From the NCBI RefSeq assembly GCF_009914755.1, contig NC_060936.1: 64,000 nt of DNA, one strand, 5' to 3'. How positions within the stretch are numbered: the stretch's first letter is position 1; each line of letters begins with the position of its first letter. The notes beneath the pieces were generated by a model. That model was not told where the DNA came from and ran no database searches. It saw only the letters and a program-made list of their open reading frames with translations. Below, piece after piece: positions 26,705 to 48,132 of this stretch. Both the position numbers and the translations under genes were made by a program. The DNA is from the human T2T-CHM13v2.0 reference genome, Homo sapiens.

Positions 26705-26816
26705 CTGTCCCAAATTCTGTAACAATTACAGCGACATGAAATGTCATGAACAATCCCGAACGGTAGAGTTGGAAGACTTTTGTATTTACAATTTGAGAAA
26801 CACAACCATTTTCCAA
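26705..26816 (-). CDS. Block A exon 9: LENGCVSQIVNTKVFQLYRSGLFMTFHVAVIVTEFGT; donor non-canonical
   Basis: cag/TTG...ACAG/gaaatt, 112 nt; donor reads GA instead of GT. Confidence 0.85.
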
Positions 26817-27117
26817 CTGAAAAATAAAGAGAAGGTATAATTAAAATGTTAGAGATCCAAGAGGTTTTTTTAAGTGTCTTTTAAAATATGGTTTTTGCAC
26901 AAATATATTAACATCCCCACCCCGTGCCACGGCTCTACCTCATAAACTTGTTGAAATGGCCAAAGAATTAGAGGAGGAGTAGGAGGAGGCGAATATTTAC
27001 ATCAGCGTTTTAAATAACGGAAGGAGGTAATCTGTATTTTACAGATTTCAAGGAAATTCTCCTGGAAACATTGTAGATGAGAAAAGATTAAAGGATGGAA
27101 ATGAAGCTGAATGGTAT

Positions 27118-28162
27118 TGTGAAAGGAAAGTAAATCTCAGGAGCCCAACATCCCTAAGCTAAAGGGAAAGGGCAAGCTGGGAACAGCTGGGCAAATCTGT
27201 CTCCCATTTTATTCCCAAATAAGGTAGCTACAAAGATAAAAACTACATACCTCCCTCACAATTTGCCCACAAGGAAATTCTTTGTGGGCCTCAAGAACTT
27301 TTCCTTAAAACAGTTCTTTGGAAATTCACCCTGGCAATATAAATTCATAGCTTATCTTTACAGGCGTGGGACAAAAGACAGACTCAGTCATCCCTCTGCT
27401 TACCTGAGACAAATACATATCTGATTTATCTGATTGCTTCCTCTGCCTAATAGTTTATGTAAAAATGCAGATTTACTGAGCCACACTAAGGCAGGAGTGA
27501 CTATTCCTCTATCCTCCTCTCACATGTAATTTGTGTATTCAGTGAAAGGCTGATCAAAGACAAAGACTTATTCTTTTTTTTTTTTTTTTTTTTTTTTAGA
27601 TAGAGCCTTGCTCTGTCACTCGGGCTGGGGTGAAATAGCCCAATCTTGACTCACTGCAACCTCCGCCTCCCAGGTTCAAGCGATTCTCCTGCATCAGTCT
27701 CTCAAGTAGCTGGGATTACAGACACCTGCCACCACGCCTGGCTAATTTTTGTATTTTTAGTAGAGATGGGGTTTCTCCACGTTGGTCAGGCTGGTCTCGA
27801 TCTCCTGACCTCACGTGATCTGCCCGCCTCGGCCTCCCAAAGTGCTGGGATTACAGCTGTGAATCACTGCACCTGGCCTCAAAGACTTCTTCTTTATGCA
27901 ACTGTTTGTCTCTTATCTACCTATGACCTGGAAACCCCCTTAGTTTGGATTGTCCTGCCTTTCTGGACCGAACCAATGTACATCTTACACATATTTGTTG
28001 ATGTCTCACATCTCCCTGAAATGTATAAAAGCAAGCTGTAGCCCAACCACCTTGGGCACATGTTGGTAGGACCTCTGGAGGCTGTCATAGGTACATCCTT
28101 CACCTTGGCAACATAAGCTTTGCAAATTGATTGACATCTGTCTCAGATACTTTTGGTTCACA
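27118..28162 (+). mobile_element. MER4-family ERV1 solo LTR interrupted by an Alu
   Basis: TGTGAAAGGAAA...tctcagatacttttggttCACA termini. Confidence 0.8.
27574..27878 (-). mobile_element. AluS inside the MER4 LTR
   Basis: Flanked by caaagactt TSD. Confidence 0.93.
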
Positions 28163-29742
28163 GTGTTTTAAGAGGAAGAAATTCTAATCATCTAGAAAGG
28201 CACTAAAACAGATGGAACAGAAGCGCTCAGCACATGTGTAACAACAAAACAAACACTTTTTAAGGTATATTGCTTATTTAAAATAACAAAAAATCTATAG
28301 TTAATCTATCATCAGTAATAATAATTAGAGAAATATAAATTTAGTTATATTTTATAACACAGTGTTTATTCCAGATTTAAAATGTTATAAGGATATATTA
28401 GTTTATTTGATACTCAAAACTATTACATGAGCTAGGTACTGTTATTATCTTACTATATAGATGAAGAAACTAAACTAGGTCCATCATGTAACCTGTCCAA
28501 GATCTCACAGCTAAGAGACGGTGGTGCTGAGGAGCTGCTCTGGCTCCAGAGTATGTGCTTCTCTATCTTAAATTAACAGCCATTACATCAACAACAAAAG
28601 CAATTTTATTTTGTCTAATGATAATATAGTCAAATTAAAATGAAATCATAGAAAGTGATCAGAAGAACCTTAATTATTTCGAAAATAAGAGAAAAGCCTT
28701 TTTTCAGGAATCCTTGAAACAAAGAGAATACATAAAGTAAACCAATAAGAATCCAGATATTAGAGTAATGAAAAAATACTTCGCATCAAAGTCAATGGTA
28801 TTCAGCTGCAGTTCAGAAGAAATGTAAAACAGTGAATGTGCTTATTACTAAAAGAAACAGCTAATATATTTTTTAAACCCCAACAAAATCAACTACAAAT
28901 ATTAGAAAAAAGAATTAATAAGATGAAAGAGAAAATAAATTATTTAGGAACACAAAATAATAAAAGAAAGAAAATAGTAAAAATAAGAACCAATAAAATA
29001 GACGAAACTTTCGTGGGCATGATTTAGGACAAAGAGTGAGAGAGAACAAAATTGTGAGATAGGTGCTAACACAACACAGCCCACATCTGGAAGAAAAATT
29101 CCCATTTTAGAACATCATTGGAAGTGAACTTTATGTCTATTAGAAAATTGTAAACAATCTTAAGAGCATACTTAGATAGCCACATGTACAACACAGGGGC
29201 CAGTGAGATTTTTTTTCTAAGGCTGGAAACCCAGGAACATAAGGAAGGTGGGTATGTCAAAAATATGACAAAGTAAATGAGTTGCCTATTTAAATAACAG
29301 GCTTGAAAAAAAATGCTTGTAGGATGGAAGGCAGTACTTACACTGAAAGTTTCCATTTCACATGAACAGAAAAACATGGGTAATTAAGAGTTCTCAAATC
29401 CAAATTGATAACAAAAATATGAAAAGTTGCTCAAACTAAATCGAAATTAGATAGCACAAGTTAAAACAAGCTAAATTTGTGTCTATCAAAATGACAAAAA
29501 CTTTTAAAACTTCTAAATATATTGCTGAAAGTAATTTGGAAAATATAGTATTCTCATGTACTTCTGACAGGAATTTGAATGCCTAAAACTTTTAGGAGAG
29601 CAATATGCTAATATTTATTAAAATTAAAATTATCTGTCTATGAACATTATCTATATTTCCTTTGACTCAGGAAACTCACTCTAAGAAATTTATTTCAAGT
29701 AAATAAAGCCTCTCATATATAAAGATAGTTCCACCGGACAGA

Positions 29743-30035
29743 TTTTTTTTTTTTTTTCTTTTTCTGAGGCAGGTCTTGCTCTGTTGCCCAGGCTCGAGTA
29801 CAGTGGTGCGAACACACTTCACTGCAGCCTTGACCTCCTGGGCTCCAGTGATTCTCTTGCCTCAGCCTCCCTGTAGCTGGGACCACAGATGTGCACCACT
29901 GTGCCTGGCTAATTTTTGTAGAGAAGGGGCTCACTATGTTGCGCAGGCTGGTTTCGATCTCCTGGAATCAAACGATCCTCCCGCCTCGGCCTTCCAACAT
30001 GCTCAGATTAGAGGTGTGAGCCACTGCTCCTAGCC
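29743..30035 (-). mobile_element. AluJ
   Basis: Diverged dimer. Confidence 0.9.
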
Positions 30036-30858
30036 TCTACCAGATTGTTTATTGGTATTTTTTTCACATGGGGAAAAAAGTAAACCATTTGCTGAGGGAA
30101 CACCCATCACTGTGTAAAACGGTTGACTGAACTCTATCAGAATGTACTGCTGACATGGAAAAATTCCACCCTAGTTTTCTTTGCCTGCATTTCCTATGTA
30201 AAGGTAGGATTCTGCTTGTCTTTGTCAATTATTGATATTTACCTAGAGGATGTTCACTAAATTTGATGAGTAACTTTAGGACAATTGGACTTAAAATATG
30301 AACTATGTGGCATACACAAGCTTCACTTTGGGGAGTCAAAAGACAATTTCAAAGAGATAGGAAGAGCTGTTCACTTAAGGTTAGGATGCTGCAGATAGAG
30401 CAAATGATGACTTCACATATGAACTGCAAGTCTAAAGTAACATAGTGGGGGTACTCTGAATTGCAGTTGATTGAAAGTAAGCTGTTTCCACTAAAAAAAA
30501 TCCAGGTGGCATGGAGAGTAATATCACAGACTCATTTAAAGGATGATTAACGATTCTCCAAAGAAAAATCAGGAAGGCTACCTAGGCGATATATAAAACA
30601 ACAAAGCCCACGATACCTTTCATATTCTAAAAATCCCATGAATCTATAGGTGGAGAACAATTTACATGGTCTATGGAATAAAAAACTGCTTTAAGCACTG
30701 TATTTTCTTCTCTTTCTTCACTTTATTTAGCTGCAAACTCCATTATCAATAAAATGAAAATAGTATTGTTAAGCTCCCCTTATAAATGAAATCAAAGAAA
30801 GAATAAGAATGAAAAATGAGTGAGAACTTTTTTTTGGAGTAAAGATCATGGTCTGTAC

Positions 30859-30976
30859 CTGTGCAATAAATTGCTCACATATTTCATTGTCATTTTTCTC
30901 ACAATTGCTTGAAGAAAAATACTCTCTGCACACCCGGATTTGGGTTTTCCCTTGCACAGGTTGGCCAAAGGTGTAC
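30859..30976 (-). CDS. Block A exon 8: YTFGQPVQGKTQIRVCREYFSSSNCEKNDNEICEQFIAQ
   Basis: gag/G...CAG/gtacag, 118 nt; rare GAG acceptor. Confidence 0.88.
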
Positions 30977-33322
30977 CTCATGGGGGAAGGTGTAGTTATG
31001 ATTACAGATAAGCAATATCATAGCAATATTTTATGATCTTCTTCAGAAATTATATAGGAAGTCTCTAAACTGTGAGTAACCCAGTCTAACCAAATTGAAT
31101 TAGGAATTCTCCCTATTGGTGAGGGTTTAGGTTCCCCACAGAATTCAGGTTAAACTGGGCATTTGATCTCAGGAGGATTTGGCTGCCTTTAAAAAATTGA
31201 ATTCAGGGTAAGGCAGAATCTAAAATAATCTAAAATCTCATTGAATATGATTTAATGCTTAAATTGAGTTTTTTAAAAATATATTTTAATCTGATAGAAA
31301 CATCATAACATTGCAGCACTTTCCCTTTTATCAGAAAAATATATATGTATATAAAACTTGGATGATTCAGGATCCTGAAACATTTCCAGATCAACATTTT
31401 AAACACGAATTTTTATTTACCACTCAATAAATATAAAGGCTATGGGGCTGGCATGAACTGGTTATGCTTTGACCAAAAATATAATACCTTACAGGGTGGG
31501 TTTGAGTATCTCATTTTCTCCTAAAACACAAAACTACAACACAAGATTTTAAAGGTTCAACCAAAGGCAAATCCAGTCAATTGGAGTTTTTTGTTTTGTT
31601 AATAGACAACAAATGTAAAACTAGCATATAATAAAAGTGAATATTATTTTCACAGATTATAATACTTTTTTCTAATTGTTGGACACTGATATATATCATT
31701 TATTTTTCCCAGTGACCCTGATTTGTAAAATGAGGTCAAGTAACTTCTCCACATTGTAATTAATGAAACTAAAATTCGAACTCAGATCTACCTCACTCCA
31801 TAGCCCGTGCCCTTTTCTTTCCACTCACCTTTTTCTCTTTCTATTTAAAAATTCCTAACACTTTTGAGATTCTGAGTCAAATCATACCAATAAAATCATG
31901 ATTATATAAAGGCCAGACTTAGATCTGGCCACACATATTATACCTGAACATTTCTTCTTATTTCTACTTAATGTCTTTTATTTATACAATAAAAGTCTTA
32001 TTGTAGTATTATCTGTAAGCTAACATATGCCTATAAGACATGTAGCTTAAATTTTAAAAACAGGACAGAATAATCCCTTTGTGATTTGAAAAGCTTTCAG
32101 TGAATGCTAATGCAGTGTATTAAAATCTCTTTGTCTGTAGGTAAATTTTCTTCCCTCTTAAAAGCCTAAGTCATCTCTGACTTTGTTTGCTAAAATAATC
32201 CAATTTTTTTCTTGTTTTCTCTAGTCATTCCAAGCTAAATCCCAGAAAAGACTAAAGAAACACAGACACAGTATCATACAATTTGAGACACAGTATACAA
32301 CTGACGTGAACCTTCTAGAAACAGTGCTCTCACAATCTGCCCAGAAATAACTTTGTAGCAAGCACAGCTCCAGTCTAGCTGCCTGGTCTCCTGGCAAGAT
32401 ATTATTATTGCTGATACTGATTTACTCCTATGTAACTCTATCCAGAATACAATATCAAAGAAATTTCAAGAAATCAGGATCATGGATTGTAACCTGACAT
32501 ACTGCTAAGGAACTACCAGTTCCATGTTAGCATGTGGTTTGCAAGTATTTTCCAAAGGCCATGCTTGAGAAACATTTTTGTTCTTCCAATGTGTTGTGGG
32601 TTTTGTTTTTAGCATACTATCGTGCAGATAAATAAATGAGATGTTAATGCCACTGAAAGCTCTGGCTTTGCGTTTGGCTTTTCTAGTGAAACCTGTTTAG
32701 TATTCTGGATTTCTTCCAACTTGAATTTATCACCTCATCATTTTTAACATCAGTGATCTACACAGTCTCTCATCTATTACGTATATTAAATTCTGGTATT
32801 TTCAACTACTCTTCATTAAAACTTAGAAAAAAATTTATAATCATTTCCTAAAGTCAAAAGAAGATTTGAAATGCTACTGAAAAAAAAAAAAGAAGGCTGA
32901 AAACTGGTTTGCAAGATTCTCTGGGGCATCAAAGGCATCTTAAGAACCACGCTTGCACGTTCATTAGACAGCCCTTTAATCAATGTATCTTTAATAGACT
33001 GCTGGAAATACTCAAAGGCAAGTAATTTTCATGTCATAAATTAAACAAAGTGCTTAACAAATATGGCAAATATTAATATTGTTAACTGTTTTTATAAAGT
33101 ATATGACAGTTATTGATTAGGAGAGTAGCTTTGAAGCTGAAAAACCTAGGTCTAAATCCTAGTTCTGCCATCAACAAGCTCCATTACTGTTGATAAGTTA
33201 TTTTAATTCTCTGTGTCTTATTATCTTTCTTTATAAAATACAGATGACAATAGCTCCTATCTCATAGCACTGTGGTAATGATATATGCAGAGCTTAACAA
33301 ACTAGTTGACATTCAAAAAACA

Positions 33323-33737
<415 letters not shown>

Positions 33738-34511
33738 TGAAATCGTGTATTTTTTTTACATTAAGAGAATTCAAATAATTCAGATTAACTTGATAAGATG
33801 CTTTGTCTTCACTTTGCCATTTCAATAGCTCATATTCTAATTTTAATGAAAATATGCCATGATAGTAAAGATTCAATGAGAATTTCACACCAGCTGCTAG
33901 AATCCTACACTGGCACAACATGTTTAGTGAGGAGTATGGCAATCAGAAGACTAAAAGAATGTTACATATTTTGTCTTGGTAATTCCTTTTCTGGAAATCT
34001 TTCTTAAGTAAACAATTTTTCATTCAAAAGCTACCTATTATATGTTATACACAAAGACATATACTGCAAAATTATTAATTACCAGGAAAACAAAATGAAA
34101 CAGCCAACATATTATATAATAAAATAATTAAATTGGGTATAGTCACATAAAAATATGTGCAGCAGAAAATTGGAATTCATGAAAAGATTGGCATAATACG
34201 TAGGCATGTTTTCTTAATTATTATAAATAGAAAAGTATGATTGCAGTCATGGAAAATATTCATTAAAATTAGAGGAAACTTACAATGTTAGTGACATTAC
34301 AATGTTAATGGCAGTTGGTCAAATTAATAATAGGTAATGTCTTGTGTTTTTCTCTATATTTTTCAAATTTTCTACAGTGAGGATTCATTGCTTCTCTAAT
34401 AACATTAATGTAAGCATATAAATAATTAAAGTTTCATGGTTAATCTCACTTCTCATTCTCTCTGAGCTTTGTGTTTTCTTGTGAAGGTAAATCTCCTGAA
34501 GAAATACTCAC

Positions 34512-34596
34512 TTAGCACATACATCCACTTGGAATTCATCATCTGAAATAGTTACTGTTTGTGGTGCATTGACCGTAACTTCAAACTTGGGCAGCA
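34512..34596 (-). CDS. Block A exon 7: VLPKFEVTVNAPQTVTISDDEFQVDVCAK
   Basis: cag/TG...AA/gtgagt, 85 nt. Confidence 0.92.
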
Positions 34597-34666
34597 CTGG
34601 AAACGAAGAGAAATATACGTTAGCCTGCACAATCACAGGCAAGCAAACCTTATTGCAGTCATATAG

Positions 34667-35116
<450 letters not shown>

Positions 35117-35411
35117 TCACATTTTCTTTCTATTGCAATCTCTTAGATCTCTCCTAGAAGACTGTGGGGATTCTAGAAAAAATGTATATTTTCTAGGGGG
35201 AAAAAGAAGGCAGGAATCAGAATAAGGATACTGGGGAAGGAGTGAGGAGCAGCAAAGTGCTGATGACAAAGCCAACCAGGTCAAGGAAGGGAGACAAAGA
35301 AAACCAGTTCTAGCTTCACCTACTCCTGCCTAAGTCTAACACAAATGTTGTGTTGGTCCATCCTTTAAACTCTTCATCTACATAGGACAGCTACAAATAG
35401 CAACTGGTTAC

Positions 35412-35580
35412 CATATCTTTTAACAGCAAATTGGTGTGTCACTGTCTTCCTTGAGTTTCTTTTCACAACAATCCAGTAATCTCCAAACATTGGTTCTGAA
35501 ATCAGTTGGAACGAGAGTTGGGTAATATTTCGGAAAGAAGTCACATTTTGCCATTGAAAAATCCGATTGTTTTGAGGATC
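35412..35580 (-). CDS. Block A exon 6 (MG2): DPQNNRIFQWQNVTSFRNITQLSFQLISEPMFGDYWIVVKRNSRKTVTHQFAVKRY
   Basis: tag/GAT...TATG/gtaacc, 169 nt, phase 0>1. Confidence 0.92.
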
Positions 35581-35583
35581 CTA

Positions 35584-36195
<612 letters not shown>

Positions 36196-39100
36196 TCAAT
36201 ACACACACACACACACAGACACACACACATATCTATATATTTAGTATAATGATCATATTGGGGCAGTGTTACCAGTACTTCATTCATTTATCTTTTTTTT
36301 TTATGGTGAAGACATTCAAAAACCTCTCATCTAGCTATTTTGTAATTTGCTAAATCTTACTGTAAACTATTGTCATCCTACTGTGCAATAGAACACCAGA
36401 ACTCATTCCTTCTTCATTCTTTTCAGATTAAATAAAATTTTAAAACACTTGTAGAGTGTCAGATGTGTTCCAAGGACTGATCCAAGTGCTCAAGGCACAA
36501 AAATGTATATGACATGTTCACAGCCCATATTAGCTTAAAATTTTAAGCCACTGTGCTCCTTGTTATTATAGTCATATAATTTTCTTGCATTATGGCTGCA
36601 ATTCACATTCTGTAATCAGGGTATAGATGTCTAAGTAAAGTGTTGGCTTAATAATTGTTGTTCTAATCAAATTGAATTACACGTTAACAAAACTTACTTA
36701 AATTTTCCTTGTATATTTAATTCTATCTCTTCCCAGGCCAAGTCAAAAAAAATATGAACCCTTGGAAGAATTACATCTAGAAGTGACCAGTCCTAGTCTA
36801 AATATTTAAATACATAACATGAGGAATTCAGGCCAAAAGTTTATTCTGATAGGTCTATTTTTTGATGTACTAATAAAACTGGCCATCTCTGCTATAGTTT
36901 TGCTAACTTGTTGCAGAAGTAATCTCAAGAAGAAAACAGCCCTATTAGATTATGTTTAGGATGGATAGTTCAATATATATTTTGCCAAAATGTTATATTG
37001 AGTTTACACAAATAAACACACACAAGCTGTCATAATAAGTTCATTTAGCAACTGTTTTAGGATAGATTTTTATTCTGGAAGATCCATAATGAATTATATT
37101 TTATATGAAGACAGGGCTACCTTTTGCGTCAATATTTTGATATTGAAGAGTGCTGGTACATCAATAAAGTACTTGTATAGTAAACAAATTAAAGATGTTT
37201 TGTGAACTAGCTAGGCCTTGAAGACTCACAGGGCTTGGTGTGTAATACTGTCATTCTTAGAGATAATTAGCTCCAGGTTGTTCTTTCTGCTGGAATTGTG
37301 AATTGCAAATCCATTCTTATCAGAGTGAAATCAGAACTTCAACCCTAATCAAAATTGATTGGATGAATTATTGAGTGTTACAAAAGTGATGCAATGAAGG
37401 GCCCTCATATTTTTGACATTCATTTTTATTAGATCCTTCTTATCTGGAGATTAGGTATGTGAGAAGCTCGGAGAAATAATCTTAGAAGAGCCAAGCAGAA
37501 TTTTTATATCTAAATCCATGTTACTTACATAGAATATATTGTTCTTTAAATATAAAAATCTATAAATCTGTACAAGACCAATCGATACAAGTAAAAAAAA
37601 ATGTCTGATCCTGCTTGAAGTAAATTATCAAAGCCATCTACGTTGAGAGATGAAATGTATTACGTCTCTCCTGCTAACTTGAGGAGTAAAGGAATTTATT
37701 AAAAAGTTACTAGGATGTTTTTATTCCTTTTCTTTTTTTTTCTTGCAGTGAAGCCTGTAGATCCTTAAGATTCTTTACCAGTTGTGTGGTCTTAATTTCA
37801 CAAATTGAGGAATCTGATCCATAGATGGTTCCACTTGAACGTGGTGGGAGGGTAACATTCTCCTTCCATGAAATGTAAAGACTGCATTGTGGGACATGGA
37901 GGGGCTCCATGAGATCCATTTAGTTGCATTCATCCTCCTGTCCCCAAAGTATATCAGTAAATGTACTGTTTCTTGACAGTTTGGCTGTGTTATCCCAGAG
38001 GACTGGATGTGGGAATCTCCAAATGGCCAGATAATACTCTCAGCTTCCAATTCAGTGAAACTATTCTTAAGCATGTTAATGAAAATATACTTCTTTCCTG
38101 GATCCTAAAAGGTCTAAATGAAAACAACTCCTATTCCTGAGGATGGAAAACAAGTATTCTGCAAAAGCCACTACCAATCCGTACCTTGGTTCCCAGACAT
38201 ATCTCTAGAAGAGACAGAAACAAGCCCTTTAATATAATTTCATTCCTCAACTTCCTTGGAATTAGTCCCTTAATGTGTCTTGTTCTAAATCCCTGATCAT
38301 CTTGCCACACATTTGTTAAGGCTTATAAAAGAGTGTACATCTTTACCTCAGGCCATTTGTAGACTTGTCATATACTTTGGTAATTTCCCAACATATGCGT
38401 TTCACTTCCAGTAAAGAAGTTAGAAGACTCCATTCCCAGATTACCTTGAATCCAGGGGGCAGGTAAATGACAGGCTCGACCAATGAGATGCTCTGTTCTG
38501 AGACTGGGAATCAGAAGGGAGTGAAATGGGGAGGCCATGGAAGAGTTTATTTTCAGGGAACTGTGAGTATAATGGCAACTTCTAGTTCATTTAGGATAAG
38601 ATAGGCAGAACCTTTTCACATCCACTCCAATGTGTTTATTCCACACACGAGGAGCCACAGTGGGAATTCTGATCATTGCTAGACTTGTCAATTATACCTA
38701 CACATTTGGAAAATGAATAAATAACCAGAAGATGGATCTGGTCTCTGTTAGTCCTACAATGAAGACAATTTGGCCCCAAATTCTGGTTATTCCTGATAGT
38801 CATAATCTTTGCCTCTCATCTCAGATGTTATTAGTGAGGTAATATTCAGTATTTTATAGAATATTTAGATATTTATCTTTCCAGGAGCTCATGTGCTTTG
38901 GTAATGAGGCAGAATGTCTTTGAGAAAGATAGGAGTGAGACCTTAGGGATGGGTGTCTGCCTAACTGAAGTGGACTCCAATGAAAATTATATAAATATCA
39001 AGGCATGAAAATTCAGCACTCCCTATCACGCACTGGTGAAAAAGATAATCAAATAATCTCCTGTTCACCATTGACAAAGTGCCTATTGACAGCAAGCATT

Positions 39101-39597
39101 TGGGGACCACAAATTTCCACTGCTATGGAACGATACCAGGCTGATCACTTCTAAGAGTTCTGAGAAAATTAAAGAAAAGAAAAACAAGCTAGGAACTTTA
39201 AATTAGCCCTTACCATCCGGAGTTCTGTAACAGAATTATCTCTAAGTCTCCAATACAGCTACTGAATGTAATGAATTAATATTACATTTATTGATGCATA
39301 AATAGTACCATTCTCTCCTATGTATCCTGAATGGTACTATTTATGCATCAAATGGTCTCTCGAAACATTCTCTGTGGAGTTAAACAATAAAGCAATTTTC
39401 TTATATAACAGTTGAGAAAGGTTGCTCTAAATTTTTGGTTGAAGATATACATTGAAAAGTGAGTACTTTCAATTTTTATGTTAAAACTCTCATTTATTGC
39501 AGAGCAGTTCTGTAATCAAAATGCCTCATTATTGTATGTGCTTAGATAGAGGCTGATAATTTACCTGTGAGGGATTTTTTAAAAAATTACTGACTGT

Positions 39598-45640
<6,043 letters not shown>

Positions 45641-45986
45641 AGCGTCCTGATGTTCTGCTCTTTTCCTTTATCTTGTTTTATTTTCCTTACAGTAGTTCTT
45701 TGAGAGATAGTAACTCACGATAGAGAAACATGGTCTTTGGGATCAGAACGTCTGGATTATAATCCCATCTCTGTTATTTAGCATCTGTTGCATTGGACAA
45801 GTTACTTAACCTGCCTAAGCTTCATTTTTCTCATTGATAAGTTGCAGTTAATAGCTTCCAATCTATAGACTGTGATGAATAAATGGGTTGACATTTGTAA
45901 AATGCTTAGAATGTTGCTTGGTATGTAGCAATAATTCAGGAAAGATTAACTATCAGAGCACTTAATACCATCTGAAATTATGCCAT

Positions 45987-46685
<699 letters not shown>

Positions 46686-46933
46686 ATATACAAATGACAA
46701 TATGCAGCCATTTGTATATTGTCTGCATCCCAAATTCAATGTAAACTTCACGAATATAAAGATTTACCTGCATTATTCTCACTGTATTTCTAACATCTGA
46801 CATGACAGGCACATTAAATGAATTAAAAGACAAAGCAAAAGAAAATAATCACCTCCCCTCTTTTCCCAATCAGTTTAAAAGCATTAAGAGATTATAACCT
46901 GTCACCTGCCCTTCGCATTATACTGTGACTTAC

Positions 46934-47030
46934 CTAAGGGTATGTAATCAGTAGATTCAAGATGGTTAGAATCCTTGCACAATACTGGTTTCCGGAGGTG
47001 AGAGTTGGTAAAAATCTTTAATCCTGTTGC
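46934..47030 (-). pseudogene. Block B exon 17 (alternative bait exon): ATGLKIFTNSHLRKPVLCKDSNHLESTDYIPL
   Basis: aag/GCA...TTAG/gtaagt, 97 nt, phase 1; GLKIFTN..RKP..C motif. Confidence 0.87.
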
Positions 47031-47519
47031 CTTTCAAGATAAAATCAATTTTAGATCACATAACAACATAGACTAGCAGTCTGGACTGGTTTTTTGTTCT
47101 ATGTATATTTTCAATTTCCACTTATTTATTTCTCCATCTCTAATTGTCATATATTTAGAGATACTTCACTGACATTTCCTAAATTCCATGTCTTTGAGTT
47201 CCTTAGTTTCTCTAATTCTAATGGCTTTTGCTCTATTTTCCTAATTAAGAGCTGTTGATGAAAACCTTTAAATAAGAGAGGACAAAAAAAGACATCTCAT
47301 ATCATACCCCACTGTACTTTCACTACTTTGAATTTGGCATTTTTGTTGAACTAGGGATATTATCTCACTTATAAACACTTTAAATATAGTAGAATACTTT
47401 AAAATAGTAGAAATCAAATTCGAGGGTAGACGTAGGAGCAAAATGGGGATTTATATTAGACACCAGTATATAATGTACATAATATTATGTCAGGAAAGCT
47501 GATAATTCCCTCACATATT

Positions 47520-47820
47520 AGTTCTTTTCCTAATATTATAATATTATTAGTTATTTAAAATATTATTATAGTTTTATAATGAAGTTCTAATAACCTTATA
47601 ACTTAACCTTATTATAACATTATAATAACCTTATAACTTTATAATTATAACTTTATAACTTTTAAATAAAATTATATTAATACAACTTTTAAAAATATAT
47701 TATAACTATAATTTATTGTAACTATATAGAATAACTATTATAGCTTTATAATATTATAACTATTATATAATTATAACTATAAGAACTTTATTAAGTCTTT
47801 TTGCTATTATAACATTATTT
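47520..47820. repeat. AT-rich low-complexity (tataa/ttata) tract
   Basis: Direct reading. Confidence 0.85.
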
Positions 47821-47961
47821 GAGATATTATTTCTCAGACATTAGTACTAATTGTAAATTTGTACTCTAAGAATTCTGAGATTAAAAACCCACACCATGAA
47901 TATTTCTATTTATTTATATATTGTCACATATATTCACCATTTTAAGACTTAGTTGCCTTAC

Positions 47962-48132
47962 CTTCACAAGGTCATAGCCATCTTTTCCAAAGTCAGCCCA
48001 TGCAGGTGTGTAATAAATTCCATTGTAAAGGATATGTCCATCTTCAAGACACGGCACTTTAAGGCCATCTTCTAAGTTAAGTCCTCTGAAATAATAGCCA
48101 TGTAGTTCGCTGGAATGTAGCTGACTATACAC
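47962..48132 (-). pseudogene. Block B exon 16: VYSQLHSSELHGYYFRGLNLEDGLKVPC...DGYDLVK
   Basis: tag/GTG...AAG/gtaagg, 171 nt. Confidence 0.9.

Noticed and set aside
37992-38015. IPEDWMWE on the + strand, resembling FPETWMWD (a possible block B exon 18)
   Set aside because: Wrong strand, no flanking A2M homology and no matching splice phases; treated as chance.
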